Assembly (NCBI GenBank): GCA_018920245.1
Contig: JAHLMS010000002.1
Location: 1-58,307, forward strand
Reading direction: 5' to 3'
Source of the DNA: Candidatus Aenigmatarchaeota archaeon
Lineage (GTDB): Archaea; Aenigmatarchaeota; Aenigmatarchaeia; Aenigmatarchaeales; JAHLMS01
DNA: 58,307 nucleotides
The position numbers and the translations under genes are program-made. Below, piece by piece: positions 37,563-47,518 of this stretch. The notes beneath the pieces are model-generated. The model saw nothing but the letters and a program-made list of their open reading frames with translations. It did not search any database and had not been told where the DNA came from. Position 1 is the first letter of the stretch, and each line of letters begins with the position of its first letter.

Positions 37563-40286
37563 ATGATAACAAAAGATGATCTGAGACGACCGGAGCACTT
37601 CGCGCTGGAATGGTTCAAGAAGAACGGCTTCGAGCGCTATACGTGCGAGAAATGCAAGGCCGCGTTCTGGTCGACAGTACCGCGCGATACCTGTGGTGAA
37701 CCGCCCTGCGAGATGTATGATTTTCTCGGCAACCCTATAATTCCGGGCAAGTGGGATATGGACAGCATGCGTTCCGCTTTCATAAACTTCTTTGAGGCAA
37801 ATGAACACAAACCGATAACAAGATATCCGATTGTGTGTAGATGGAAACCGGACACGCTGTTCACGGGCGCGAGCATCTATTGCTTCATGCCATGGGTCCT
37901 TAACCGCACAATAGAACCACCGGCAAATCCGCTAGTCATGAGTCAGCCATCGTTCCGCGCACAGGACCTGGATAACATAGGACTCGGCACAGCCAGGCAC
38001 TGTTCTATCTTCGAGATGATGGCACACCACGCGTTCAACTATCCGGAAAAGGACGTCTACTGGAAGGACAAGACGGTTGACCTCTGCTGGCGGTGGTTGA
38101 CTGAGCGACTGAAAATCAATTCTGCGTTGATAACGTTCAAAGAGAACTCTTGGGAAGGCGGTGGCTATGCGGGCCCATGCTTCGAAGTGCTGGCTGCTGG
38201 CAACGAGCTGGCAACACTTGTTTTTATGGAATTTGCTGGACCGTTTGACGGAAAGTATGAACAGCTAGACGTGAAAGTTGTTGACACGGGCTACGGCCTT
38301 GAGAGGCATGTCTGGGCAGCAACAGGCACTCCTACCGTCTACGATGCTGCCTATCCAAAAATAATCAGATGGCTAGCCAACAAGGCTGGTGTTGCAGAAC
38401 CGGATCCAGAGCTTTTTTACATGTTCTGCCAGAGCGCAGGCAGCCTGAATGTCGAGGAGACGAATGTTGAGGAGATGCGGAAGAAAATCGTTGCTAGGAT
38501 AGCAGAAGAGCTCGGCTTCTCAATTGATGAAATCATGAAAGTAATTCTCTCATATTCCGCAATATATCAGATAGCCGACCATACAAAGGCGATAGCGTTC
38601 ATACTCAATGATGGCGTTGTGCCCTCGAATGTTGCAGAGGGTTATATCGCACGGCTGTTGATACGCAGAGCCATACGCAATCTGAATGATCTCGGTTTAA
38701 GAGAGATGCCGCTCTCGCATGTTGTTGCAAAGCAGATAGATGGAATGAAAAATATCTTCTCGGAGATGTATGAACACAGGAATTCAATACTAAAGATGGT
38801 GGATGTTGAATCAGAGAAGTATGCATCGACGCTGAAACGTGGGGCAGAGCTGGTGCGTAAAATCGTTGCTGATATGAAGAGGGCTGGCAAGAAGGAAATC
38901 GATCGTGAGACGCTTGCACAACTTTATGACAGCCATGGCTTACTGCCACGTGATGTCAAGAACTGGTCTGAACTACCGCTCGCCGACATATCTGATATCG
39001 ACACCAAAATTGCTGTACAGAAGTCCATTGTTAAAATACCAGCCGAGAAGGCGCTCATCGACGTGACCGGCCTGCCCGACACGAAGGCGCTTTATCATGA
39101 AGATGAGAAGCTCTATGAATTCAAGGCAAAGGTTCTGCGAATAATCGATGGTAAGTGGGTCGTGTTGGATCAAACCGCGTTCTATCCTCGTGGCGGAGGT
39201 CAGGAGCCTGACCATGGCTCAATTGAAGGGTATGCCGTATACGATGTAGAAAAAATCGGAAATGTTATCGTGCATGCTGTTGAGGAACCTGAATTCAAGG
39301 AAGGTGATATAGTCAAATGCAACATCAACATCCCAAGAAGGAAGCAGATAGCGATGCATCACACTGCGACACATATAATAAATGGTGCTGCACGCAGGCT
39401 GCTGGGCGACCACATCTGGCAGGCAGGGAGCAAAAAGGACGTTGATAAGGCGCACCTAGATGTAACACATTATGCGCCGCTCACGGAACATGAGGTTGCC
39501 AAAATAGAGCAGACAGCGAACGATATTGTAAAGAAAAAACTGCGCGTGATCAAGCAGGTGTTGCCGCGGGACGTTGCTGAGAAAAAGTTCGGTTACAGGC
39601 TCTATCAAGGAGGTGCTGTGCCAGGTAGGGAACTGCATACGATAGACATCAGCGGCTGGGATGTGGAGGCGTGTGGCGGTATACATGTTGATAATACTGC
39701 AGAGGTCGGACCAATCATCATTTTAAAAACCGAGCGCGTGCAGGACGGTATCGTGCGGCTCATTTATGCGTCCGGACCAGCCGCCCAGAAGCACCTTGCT
39801 GAACGCGCCAAGATACTGTCGAAATGCGCAAGGGCGCTCAAGGTAAGCGAGATGAAGTTGCCGGCAGCTTGCAGAAAGCTGCTTGCTGAATGGAAGAAGG
39901 TGCGCAAGCAACTCAATACCGCGACTGAAAAAGCTGCCCAGAAAAAGATAAAGGCATTGAAATTTGTGGAAAGCGACGATTTAAAAATTCTTGTGGCAGA
40001 AATACCAGGCGCTGGTGCGGAACAGCTCAAAGAGATATCGCTCAAGCTCAGCGCGGACAACACTGTGATAGTTCTGTTTGGCACGCGCGAAACGGTAAGC
40101 GTGTTCGCTTCAGCCGGAAAAGATGCTGTCAACGCTGGTATTGATGTGGGAAAAATCGTTCAGGAGGCCTGCCGTGAGCTTGGCGGCAGAGGTGGGGGAC
40201 AGCCAGGCCTGGCCCAAGGCATTGGTAAGTACAAAAGCAAAGTCAAACGTGTGGTTGATAAACTGCGCACCAAATTCAGTGGTTAA
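37563..40286 (+). CDS. alaS: Alanyl-tRNA synthetase (full length, with editing and C-Ala domains)
   Basis: PPANPL, FEMMAHHAFN, DTGYGLER, HTATH, YQGG, EACGGIH, GGRGGG...AQG. Confidence 0.97.
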   Translation: MITKDDLRRPEHFALEWFKKNGFERYTCEKCKAAFWSTVPRDTCGEPPCEMYDFLGNPIIPGKWDMDSMRSAFINFFEANEHKPITRYPIVCRWKPDTLFTGASIYCFMPWVLNRTIEPPANPLVMSQPSFRAQDLDNIGLGTARHCSIFEMMAHHAFNYPEKDVYWKDKTVDLCWRWLTERLKINSALITFKENSWEGGGYAGPCFEVLAAGNELATLVFMEFAGPFDGKYEQLDVKVVDTGYGLERHVWAATGTPTVYDAAYPKIIRWLANKAGVAEPDPELFYMFCQSAGSLNVEETNVEEMRKKIVARIAEELGFSIDEIMKVILSYSAIYQIADHTKAIAFILNDGVVPSNVAEGYIARLLIRRAIRNLNDLGLREMPLSHVVAKQIDGMKNIFSEMYEHRNSILKMVDVESEKYASTLKRGAELVRKIVADMKRAGKKEIDRETLAQLYDSHGLLPRDVKNWSELPLADISDIDTKIAVQKSIVKIPAEKALIDVTGLPDTKALYHEDEKLYEFKAKVLRIIDGKWVVLDQTAFYPRGGGQEPDHGSIEGYAVYDVEKIGNVIVHAVEEPEFKEGDIVKCNINIPRRKQIAMHHTATHIINGAARRLLGDHIWQAGSKKDVDKAHLDVTHYAPLTEHEVAKIEQTANDIVKKKLRVIKQVLPRDVAEKKFGYRLYQGGAVPGRELHTIDISGWDVEACGGIHVDNTAEVGPIIILKTERVQDGIVRLIYASGPAAQKHLAERAKILSKCARALKVSEMKLPAACRKLLAEWKKVRKQLNTATEKAAQKKIKALKFVESDDLKILVAEIPGAGAEQLKEISLKLSADNTVIVLFGTRETVSVFASAGKDAVNAGIDVGKIVQEACRELGGRGGGQPGLAQGIGKYKSKVKRVVDKLRTKFSG

Positions 40287-40287
40287 G

Positions 40288-40440
40288 ATGAAAATCGAAA
40301 TGCTTCGCAAGAAGGACAAGCTCGTCCGTGAGGCAGCGGCCGCATTAAACTGCGAACCAGAGGCGCTTCCATCCATAATCGAAAAGTTTCAACGGGAGAT
40401 AAGGGACATTAAAAAGGAAATGAAACGCATCAGGGGCTGA
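40288..40440 (+). CDS. 50-aa helical protein resembling the AlaRS C-Ala linker helices
   Basis: MKIEMLRKKDKLVREAAAALNCEPEALPSIIEKFQREIRDIKKEMKRIRG; ATG 1 nt after the alaS stop. Confidence 0.65.
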   Translation: MKIEMLRKKDKLVREAAAALNCEPEALPSIIEKFQREIRDIKKEMKRIRG

Positions 40441-40897
40441 CAAGCGCACACTGTTCTATTGGCGTAAAGAACAAATCACATATCCTCTTGAAAGCATCAT
40501 CATAAGTTATGTTGCCTGTGATTAAGTCTATCGTTGAGCCCTTCAGATAAAGTGCCGGCACCTCTTTTATTTCAAGCGAAGAAGTGAAGTTGGGCCATTC
40601 ATCGACGTCTATCTCCTCGATTATCAGATTTCCACCGAAGTCTTGGAAGAGGTCGCCGACTGTTTTGGTAACTTCCGGGCAGGTCGTGCAGTTTTCGGAA
40701 AAAAAGTACCTAGCTATAACCTTGTTCTGGCGCAAGAACACAGACTCGTCAGCATTGCTGAGCGGACCATTGAAGATGAGCTTCTGCTTTGGCTGCCCAA
40801 ATTCCATGACAGACATTAGTGCATAGGCAATGCCGCTGCCAATGAACATTATGAGCACGAACAGCACAAAGAGCTGTTGCCTTGTTATACGAACCAT
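40430..40897 (-). CDS. Membrane-anchored thioredoxin-fold protein
   Basis: N-terminal TM; CTTC; IKEVPALY cis-Pro region. Confidence 0.75.
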   Translation of the reverse strand: MVRITRQQLFVLFVLIMFIGSGIAYALMSVMEFGQPKQKLIFNGPLSNADESVFLRQNKVIARYFFSENCTTCPEVTKTVGDLFQDFGGNLIIEEIDVDEWPNFTSSLEIKEVPALYLKGSTIDLITGNITYDDAFKRICDLFFTPIEQCALVSP

Positions 40898-41178
40898 TAT
40901 TTCTCACTTAGAAAATGATTTATAACGGCTTCGAGATGCTCTTCGCGCGGCGGCCCTGTGAACTTCGGCTCGTTCTCAATCAGTATCGTGGGTACCATCG
41001 TTATGCCTAGCGCTTCGGCCCGAGCCGCTCCCTCTTTTGTATCTATTGACGTCTCAACAAGCTTGACCCTTTTCCCAAACTTCTTACACACCTTCTTCAC
41101 GACCTCCTTGGCTGGGGGACAAAAGGGACATGTCTCAGAAGTCATTATTTCAACCTTGATTGGTGGCATACTAACCAT
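40897..41178 (-). CDS. Thioredoxin/glutaredoxin-like protein
   Basis: TSETCPFCP, GITMVPTILI, FTGPP. Confidence 0.9.
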   Translation of the reverse strand: MVSMPPIKVEIMTSETCPFCPPAKEVVKKVCKKFGKRVKLVETSIDTKEGAARAEALGITMVPTILIENEPKFTGPPREEHLEAVINHFLSEK

Positions 41179-41231
41179 TACGGCAAGCCCCTATAAATAA
41201 TTTTATTAGCTGGCTCTGCGAGCTATTAACC

Positions 41232-43319
41232 ATGGTGATTTCTCATGTCCGCAAGCGCGACGGCAGGATAGTGCCTTTCGAGCAGTCTCGCATAACAGAC
41301 GCTATACACAGGGCCATGTTCGATGCCGGAGTTAAGGATGGTAGGGATGCCCGCAAACTCTCAGACAAAGTCACTGCAATACTCTCAAAAAGGTTTTTAA
41401 GAAAGGTGCCTGACGTTGAGGACATTCAAAACGTTGTCGAAGAAGTCCTAAAGAAATGGGACCGTCGCGTGTGGGCGGCCTATCATGAATTTAGAGTCAA
41501 GAAAGCAGAGATACGTGAGGCGCGCAAGCTCTTTGGAATAGAAGAGAAGCTTACGTACAATGCTATGCAAGTTCTTGAGCGCAGGTACCTGCTACGCGAC
41601 AAGAAAGGAAGAATAGTTGAAACCCCAGCAAAGATGTTCAGGCGCGTCGCGCGGACTGTTGCTGCGGTTGAAAAGAAATATGGCGGTAATGTAAAGAAGA
41701 TGGAAAACGATTTTTTCAACCTCATGTCCAGACTCGAGTTCCTGCCCAACAGCCCGACCATGTTCAATGCCGGTACGCCTTTAGGACAGCTGAGCGCATG
41801 CTTCGTGCTTCCAGTTCCAGACTCGCTCGACGGCATATTTACAGCAGTCAAGAATACCGCTTTGATTGAACAGAGCGGAGGCGGTGTTGGATTTTCTTTC
41901 TCACAGCTCAGACCGAGAGGTGACATCGTGCGATCTACTATGGGTGTTGCCTCTGGACCTGTGTCATTCATGCGTGTGTTCGACACTGCAACGGATGTGA
42001 TAAAGGCAGGTGGCAAACGCAGAGGAGCGATGATGGGCATACTGCGTGTTGACCACCCAGACATAATCGAGTTCATCACAGCAAAACAGACTCCAGGCTT
42101 CCTTAACAACTTCAACATTTCCGTGGCTGTTACCGATAAGTTTATGGCAGCTGTGCGAGAGAATAAAAATTATGAATTAATTAATCCGCGCACAGGCAAG
42201 GCTGTTAAAAAACTGAATGCACGATATGTCTGGAACCTTATCATTCAGAATGCATGGAAGACAGGCGACCCTGGTGTAATATTTATCGATGAAATAAATC
42301 GTACGAATCCGACAGCCCATCTTGGCCCTATCGAGGCAACGAACCCCTGTGGTGAGCAACCGTTGCATCCTTATGAGAGCTGCAATCTCGGCTCTATCAA
42401 TATGACGAAGATGCTTAAGAAGGAAGGCGGCCGCTATAAGATTGATTGGGAGAAGCTGGAACGGACGGTCAAGTTGTGCGTACAATTTCTAGATAATGTT
42501 ATCGATGCAAATAAGTACCCATTACCTGAGATCGAGAGAATGGTCCGTGCAAACAGACGCATCGGGCTCGGTGTGATGGGCTGGGCCGATACACTGATAT
42601 TGCTCGGTATAAGATATGATTCAAATAAGGCGCTTAAGCTCGCTGAGAAGGTAATGGGCTTCATCGAGAACAAAGCACATGAGAAATCAATTGAACTTGG
42701 TAAAAAGCGTGGCAGCTTTCCAAACTTCAGTGGGAGCCTGTGGAAAAAGAAGGGTTATCCTGCGATGCGCAATGCAACCGTGACGACCATCGCACCAACA
42801 GGAACGCTCTCGATAATCGCAGGTGTCAGCTCCGGCATCGAACCGCTGTTTGCTGTCAGCTTTGTGCGCAGAATACTCGAAGGAAGACGACTGCTCGAAT
42901 CAAATAGAATATTCGAACAAATTGCGAAAGAGCGCGGCTTCTATTCAACCGAGCTGATGATGAGAATTGCAAAGAAAGGCACTGTGCAAAAAATCAAAGG
43001 CGTGCCAAAAGACGTTCAGAAACTGTTTGTGACCGCGCTTGACATAAAGCCTGAGTGGCACGTGCGCATGCAGGCCGCGTTCCAGAAACACGTCGACAAC
43101 TCGGTGAGCAAGACGATAAACTTCCCGCAGAACGCGAAACCAGCCGATGTCCGCAAGGCATACGAGCTTGCGTATAAACTGAAATGTAAAGGTATCACTG
43201 TCTATCGCTACGGCTCCAAGCCAGAGCAGGTGTTGTACATCGGACCGCAAGAACTCGTACATGCTGAGTCTGAATTCTCAGGCGGCTGCCCGACGGCGCT
43301 GTGCCCAATGCCGAGCTGA
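41232..43319 (+). CDS. nrdJ: Class II (AdoCbl-dependent) ribonucleotide reductase with N-terminal ATP cone
   Basis: VRKRDG ATP cone, PNSPT, LSACFV, RRGA, TNPCGEQ, CNLGS, TIAPTGT, C-terminal CPTALC; adenosyltransferase gene adjacent. Confidence 0.93.
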   Translation: MVISHVRKRDGRIVPFEQSRITDAIHRAMFDAGVKDGRDARKLSDKVTAILSKRFLRKVPDVEDIQNVVEEVLKKWDRRVWAAYHEFRVKKAEIREARKLFGIEEKLTYNAMQVLERRYLLRDKKGRIVETPAKMFRRVARTVAAVEKKYGGNVKKMENDFFNLMSRLEFLPNSPTMFNAGTPLGQLSACFVLPVPDSLDGIFTAVKNTALIEQSGGGVGFSFSQLRPRGDIVRSTMGVASGPVSFMRVFDTATDVIKAGGKRRGAMMGILRVDHPDIIEFITAKQTPGFLNNFNISVAVTDKFMAAVRENKNYELINPRTGKAVKKLNARYVWNLIIQNAWKTGDPGVIFIDEINRTNPTAHLGPIEATNPCGEQPLHPYESCNLGSINMTKMLKKEGGRYKIDWEKLERTVKLCVQFLDNVIDANKYPLPEIERMVRANRRIGLGVMGWADTLILLGIRYDSNKALKLAEKVMGFIENKAHEKSIELGKKRGSFPNFSGSLWKKKGYPAMRNATVTTIAPTGTLSIIAGVSSGIEPLFAVSFVRRILEGRRLLESNRIFEQIAKERGFYSTELMMRIAKKGTVQKIKGVPKDVQKLFVTALDIKPEWHVRMQAAFQKHVDNSVSKTINFPQNAKPADVRKAYELAYKLKCKGITVYRYGSKPEQVLYIGPQELVHAESEFSGGCPTALCPMPS

Positions 43320-43323
43320 TTGT

Positions 43324-43833
43324 ATGGGTTCAGTCTACCTCTACACAGGCGACGGCGCAGGCAAGACAACAGCAGCACTCGGGCTGGCGATGCGCTCGCT
43401 GGGTTGGGGCCACAAGGTCATAATCGTCCAGTTCATGAAAGGCCGAAAAAATATAGGAGAATACAGAATTGCGAAAAAACTTGGAGCGCTCTATGAAATA
43501 CATCAGTTTGGCCGGCGCGGCTGGGTCAATGTCTACAAACCTGAGAAGAAGGATATCGAACTGGCATATAAAGGGTTGAGGTTCACAAGGGACATTCTCG
43601 CAAAACGCCCACCACATCTATTAATTCTTGATGAAATCAATCTGGCTGTCGGTGCTAAGCTGTTGAAGGAACAGGACGTGCTAGATGTACTAAAAAATAT
43701 TCCGGCAAAGACTACCGTTGTGCTGACTGGTAGGTGGGCAACAAAGGCGCTCATCAAGCGGGCTGACTTTGTTTGTGAGGTGCGCCAAATCAAGCGCAGA
43801 GGCATGTCCGCTGTCAAAGGCATAGCATACTAG
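43324..43833 (+). CDS. cobA: Cob(I)alamin adenosyltransferase (CobA/BtuR type)
   Basis: YTGDGAGKTTAALGLA.R..G, VQFMKG, LILDEIN, VLTGR. Confidence 0.93.
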   Translation: MGSVYLYTGDGAGKTTAALGLAMRSLGWGHKVIIVQFMKGRKNIGEYRIAKKLGALYEIHQFGRRGWVNVYKPEKKDIELAYKGLRFTRDILAKRPPHLLILDEINLAVGAKLLKEQDVLDVLKNIPAKTTVVLTGRWATKALIKRADFVCEVRQIKRRGMSAVKGIAY

Positions 43834-43849
43834 CGCAAAAAACCAGCGA

Positions 43850-44029
43850 TCATTTTAACGATATCGCGCCAACTGGACATGTATCAACCACTGACTGTAA
43901 GTCGCACTTTCCTTTTTGATTCTTTACGCGCGACTTTCCATCCGGCCCCAACTCGAAGACATCTGGACATAGCGAAACGCATGCACCGCACCCGATGCAT
44001 TTGTTTCTGTCAACTTTGGGCGTAGGCAT
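43850..44029 (-). CDS. Ferredoxin (single 4Fe-4S)
   Basis: CIGCGACVSLCP...CPVGAI. Confidence 0.93.
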   Translation of the reverse strand: MPTPKVDRNKCIGCGACVSLCPDVFELGPDGKSRVKNQKGKCDLQSVVDTCPVGAISLK

Positions 44030-44207
44030 AGCATCACCTCTTTTAGTCAAAATATGTCATAGTTTAAGATATAAATGATGTATTTTTCGTGTTTGTTGAT
44101 GTGTTGCGTATCTATTTTGCAGTGTAATAATGTTTAAATATTTAATAAAGCATAAAATGGCTGCACCCTTGATATCAAAAACAGCGCCCAAGCTAGTGAT
44201 GATGTAA

Positions 44208-46532
44208 ATGAAAAACGTACCCATTACTCAAGCTGTGAAAGATGTTGAGGATTTCTATTCTACTGATAAGAAAAATTTGCGTTTCTGGCTCGCCAAGCTC
44301 GAAAAATACAGCCGCGACCGCGTCGTTGCCGCGTGCGTGGCGGCCGGCGCCAAAAAAGACGTTGCTGAGATGATAGCCGACGAAATTGACGGCTATGTTG
44401 ACAACCGCGTGAAGATGTCAGATGTCAGACCACTCATATTTGCATTGCTACAGAGGTATGACCAGAACGCAGCAAGGCGGTTCAAGGGCAGTGAAATATA
44501 TGTTCGCACGTCAGTGCAGACGTTTGAACGATTTGACCGTTCCAAGATATCGAAGTCGCTGGTGCGCGAGGCTGAAATAGACGAAAATATGGCAGAACAG
44601 ATAGCATTTGAGGTAGAGCATTTCATACGCACAGCCAACCTCGACTATGTGAGCTCTTCACTGATACGAGAGATAACGAACGTCAAGCTGCTACAGCACG
44701 GCCTCGAAGAGGCGCGAAAGCTATACACAAGGGTCGGAATGCCTGTCTGGGATGTTACGCAACTGATAGAGGTTGGTATAAAGGAAAATGCGAATCTTCA
44801 GTACAATCCTGAAACCATACACAAAGTGCTTGCCGACGAGATGATACGCGAATATACGCTGTTGAAGTTCCTACCTAGGGAGCTTTCAGATGCACACCTC
44901 CGCGGGCTCATACACATCCATGACTTGGATTATTTCTGCACACGGCCGTTCTGTTTTTCACATGATCTACGTTTCTTCCTGAAGCGAGGCTACGTCGCCG
45001 ACGGTGAAGGGCTGCACACTGCTGCTGCCGGACCGGCGAAGAAGGCTGAAGTCGCTTTCCTACACTCTGTAAAGGTATTGGCGAGTGCGCAGGTAAACTG
45101 TGCTGGCGGTCAGGGCTACAATTGGTACAACATTATATTGGCGCCTTATGTGCGCGGGCTTGACTACAAAAGAATCAAACAACTGTGTCAGATGACATGC
45201 TTCGAGCTTTCCCAGATGTTCATAGCGCGCGGCGGACAGACAATATTCTCTTCAATAGATCTGGAACCAGACGTACCAAAGGTTCTTCTTGACATCCCTG
45301 CTGTTCAGCCCGGAGGCATCGTGCAGGATAGTGTAACTTATGCCGATTACCAGGAAGAGGCACTACAGCTCTTCCGGGCGTTCACAGAAACATTTGCGGG
45401 TGGAGACTATTATGGCAAGCCGTTTAACTTCCCAAAATTCGAGGTAAAGATATCGAACGACTTGATAAAGCACTATCCTGAGGAGTACAGGGCTGTCGCT
45501 GAGGTCGCTGCCAAGTTTGGCTCTCCCTACTATTTCGTGCAGCAGCCGTGGATGCCAGAGTTCAGCTGCTACCAGTGCTGCGCATATATGATGCCACTGT
45601 CGGAGCAGAATGACCAGAATGACCTCATAAACGGCACTGTTAGAGGTGGTGCACTACAGGTCGTTACGATAAATCTTCCGCGCATCGCATATGAAGCGAC
45701 GGACGAGGCGAGGATGTTCGATATACTACAAGAAAGGATAAATCTTGCAAAGCGCGTGCTGATGATAAAACAGAACCTCATACACAGAAGACTCAAGGGT
45801 GGCATGCTGCCATTCCTTGCACAGGCCGTGGATGATAAAGGGACTCCTTATCTGGATGTTGATAAGCAAGCACTCGAGATAGGCTTTGTCGGTCTGAACG
45901 AATTCCTCAAGGCATACACGGGCAAGGAGCTGCATGAGGACAAGGACGCATGGACGCTCGGCCTGAAGGTCATGCAGAGGATGAGAAAAATGATTGACGA
46001 GCTATCCAGAGAGACTGGAATGAAATTCACGCTCTCAAGGACGCCGGCCGAGAGCTGTGCACACAGGCTTGCCAAAATAGATGTCAAGGAGTTCAATGGC
46101 AAGGCAATCGTCCAGGGCAGCATGCAGGACAAGTCAGTCTATTATACAAACTCGTTCCATGTGAGGCCGAATGCTGACATTCCGTTGCTCCAGCGCATGC
46201 AAATAGAGGCCGCATTCCATCCGATAGTTGTTGGTGGCGCGATGTCACATATTTGGCTGGGCGAGGCGCAGCCGAACGCTGAGGCGTTAAATACTTTCAC
46301 ACAGTCCATCGTCAAAAAGACGCTGATGGCATACTTCTCCTATACGAAGGACCTTACTATTTGTCGCAAATGTCAGAACACAGCCGGTGGCGTACTGCAA
46401 GCATGCCCGAGATGTGGAGCAACCGACATAGATTGGTGGTCACGCATAACAGGTTACTACAGCCCTGTTAAGGCGGGTTGGAACGCCGGCAAGCGTCAGG
46501 AGTTCATTGATAGAAGGAGATATGTGGTGTGA
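44208..46532 (+). CDS. nrdD: Class III anaerobic ribonucleoside-triphosphate reductase with ATP-cone(s)
   Basis: HIHDLDY, FNFPK, TINLPRIA, TPAES, YYTNS, CxxC..CPRC, glycyl-radical loop SRITGYY. Confidence 0.95.
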   Translation: MKNVPITQAVKDVEDFYSTDKKNLRFWLAKLEKYSRDRVVAACVAAGAKKDVAEMIADEIDGYVDNRVKMSDVRPLIFALLQRYDQNAARRFKGSEIYVRTSVQTFERFDRSKISKSLVREAEIDENMAEQIAFEVEHFIRTANLDYVSSSLIREITNVKLLQHGLEEARKLYTRVGMPVWDVTQLIEVGIKENANLQYNPETIHKVLADEMIREYTLLKFLPRELSDAHLRGLIHIHDLDYFCTRPFCFSHDLRFFLKRGYVADGEGLHTAAAGPAKKAEVAFLHSVKVLASAQVNCAGGQGYNWYNIILAPYVRGLDYKRIKQLCQMTCFELSQMFIARGGQTIFSSIDLEPDVPKVLLDIPAVQPGGIVQDSVTYADYQEEALQLFRAFTETFAGGDYYGKPFNFPKFEVKISNDLIKHYPEEYRAVAEVAAKFGSPYYFVQQPWMPEFSCYQCCAYMMPLSEQNDQNDLINGTVRGGALQVVTINLPRIAYEATDEARMFDILQERINLAKRVLMIKQNLIHRRLKGGMLPFLAQAVDDKGTPYLDVDKQALEIGFVGLNEFLKAYTGKELHEDKDAWTLGLKVMQRMRKMIDELSRETGMKFTLSRTPAESCAHRLAKIDVKEFNGKAIVQGSMQDKSVYYTNSFHVRPNADIPLLQRMQIEAAFHPIVVGGAMSHIWLGEAQPNAEALNTFTQSIVKKTLMAYFSYTKDLTICRKCQNTAGGVLQACPRCGATDIDWWSRITGYYSPVKAGWNAGKRQEFIDRRRYVV

Positions 46533-46534
46533 GC

Positions 46535-46780
46535 ATGACAAAGATAACGATATTCACAGGCAAGACATGTCCTAAGTGTCCGGCAGCGAAGGCTGTGGTA
46601 GAAGAGGTCGCAAAGGAAATCGGCTGCGAGATTGAAGTGCTAGATATAGAAGAGAATATGATAATGGCGCTTCAAAACCAAATAGCTTCTGTGCCGGCGA
46701 TAATGATCGATGACGAAGTTGTTTCCATCGGTGAGGTGCCTAGCAGAGAAGCGCTACTCCAAGCAATAAAGAAGGCATAG
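46535..46780 (+). CDS. Glutaredoxin/NrdH-like redoxin
   Basis: TCPKCP, IASVPAI; lies between nrdD and nrdG. Confidence 0.85.
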   Translation: MTKITIFTGKTCPKCPAAKAVVEEVAKEIGCEIEVLDIEENMIMALQNQIASVPAIMIDDEVVSIGEVPSREALLQAIKKA

Positions 46781-47518
46781 GTGGTTTCTATCGAACTACG
46801 CGTAGGTAGCATCCTAGACCTATCGACCGTGGACTGGCCTGGCAGGCCAGCGGCCGTGCTGTTTCTTTCCGGATGCAATTTTCGTTGCCCGTTCTGTTTC
46901 AATGGTAGCCTTGCAACTGGGAAGGTTGGTAAGAGTATGAGTGTAGATGAAATAGTCGGCATACTGAAAAAAATGAAATCCATGGTAAGTTCTGTTGTAA
47001 TAACAGGCGGGGAGCCGACTGTGCAGAACATACTGCCGCTGTGCAAGAGGTTGAAGGCTGAGGGTTTCGCAGTCAAGCTCGACACAAACGGGAGCAGGCC
47101 TGAGCTTGTGGAACAATTGATAAACGAGCGCCTAGTCGATTTTGTCGCGCTCGATGTGAAGGCTCCGCTTGAGGTTGCCGCATATTCGCGGGCTACCGGC
47201 ATCGAATGTGAAAAACATATTGAAAATGTGAAGCGAACGCTCGCGCTGCTGATAAAATCAGGTATTGAGTATGAGTGCCGCTCACCAATAGTTCCGAGCA
47301 TAAACGCTGATGAACAATCGCTCAGGAAACACGCCGAATGTGTTCAGGACGCCAACGTCTTCGTGCTTGAACAGTTCTGGCCGGAAAGCGGCACGCTCAA
47401 TCCAGCGTTGAACAAAATTAAAGGGCTGAACAGGAAAGAGATGCTTGCCGCTGCAAAATTTTTCAAGAACCCTGTTGTGAAAATCAGAACGCGCGAAGCT
47501 GGCGAAGAGATTATTTAG
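46781..47518 (+). CDS. nrdG: Anaerobic RNR activating enzyme (radical SAM)
   Basis: STVDWPG, GCNFRCPFCFN, ITGGEPT, KLDTNG. Confidence 0.92.
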   Translation: MVSIELRVGSILDLSTVDWPGRPAAVLFLSGCNFRCPFCFNGSLATGKVGKSMSVDEIVGILKKMKSMVSSVVITGGEPTVQNILPLCKRLKAEGFAVKLDTNGSRPELVEQLINERLVDFVALDVKAPLEVAAYSRATGIECEKHIENVKRTLALLIKSGIEYECRSPIVPSINADEQSLRKHAECVQDANVFVLEQFWPESGTLNPALNKIKGLNRKEMLAAAKFFKNPVVKIRTREAGEEII

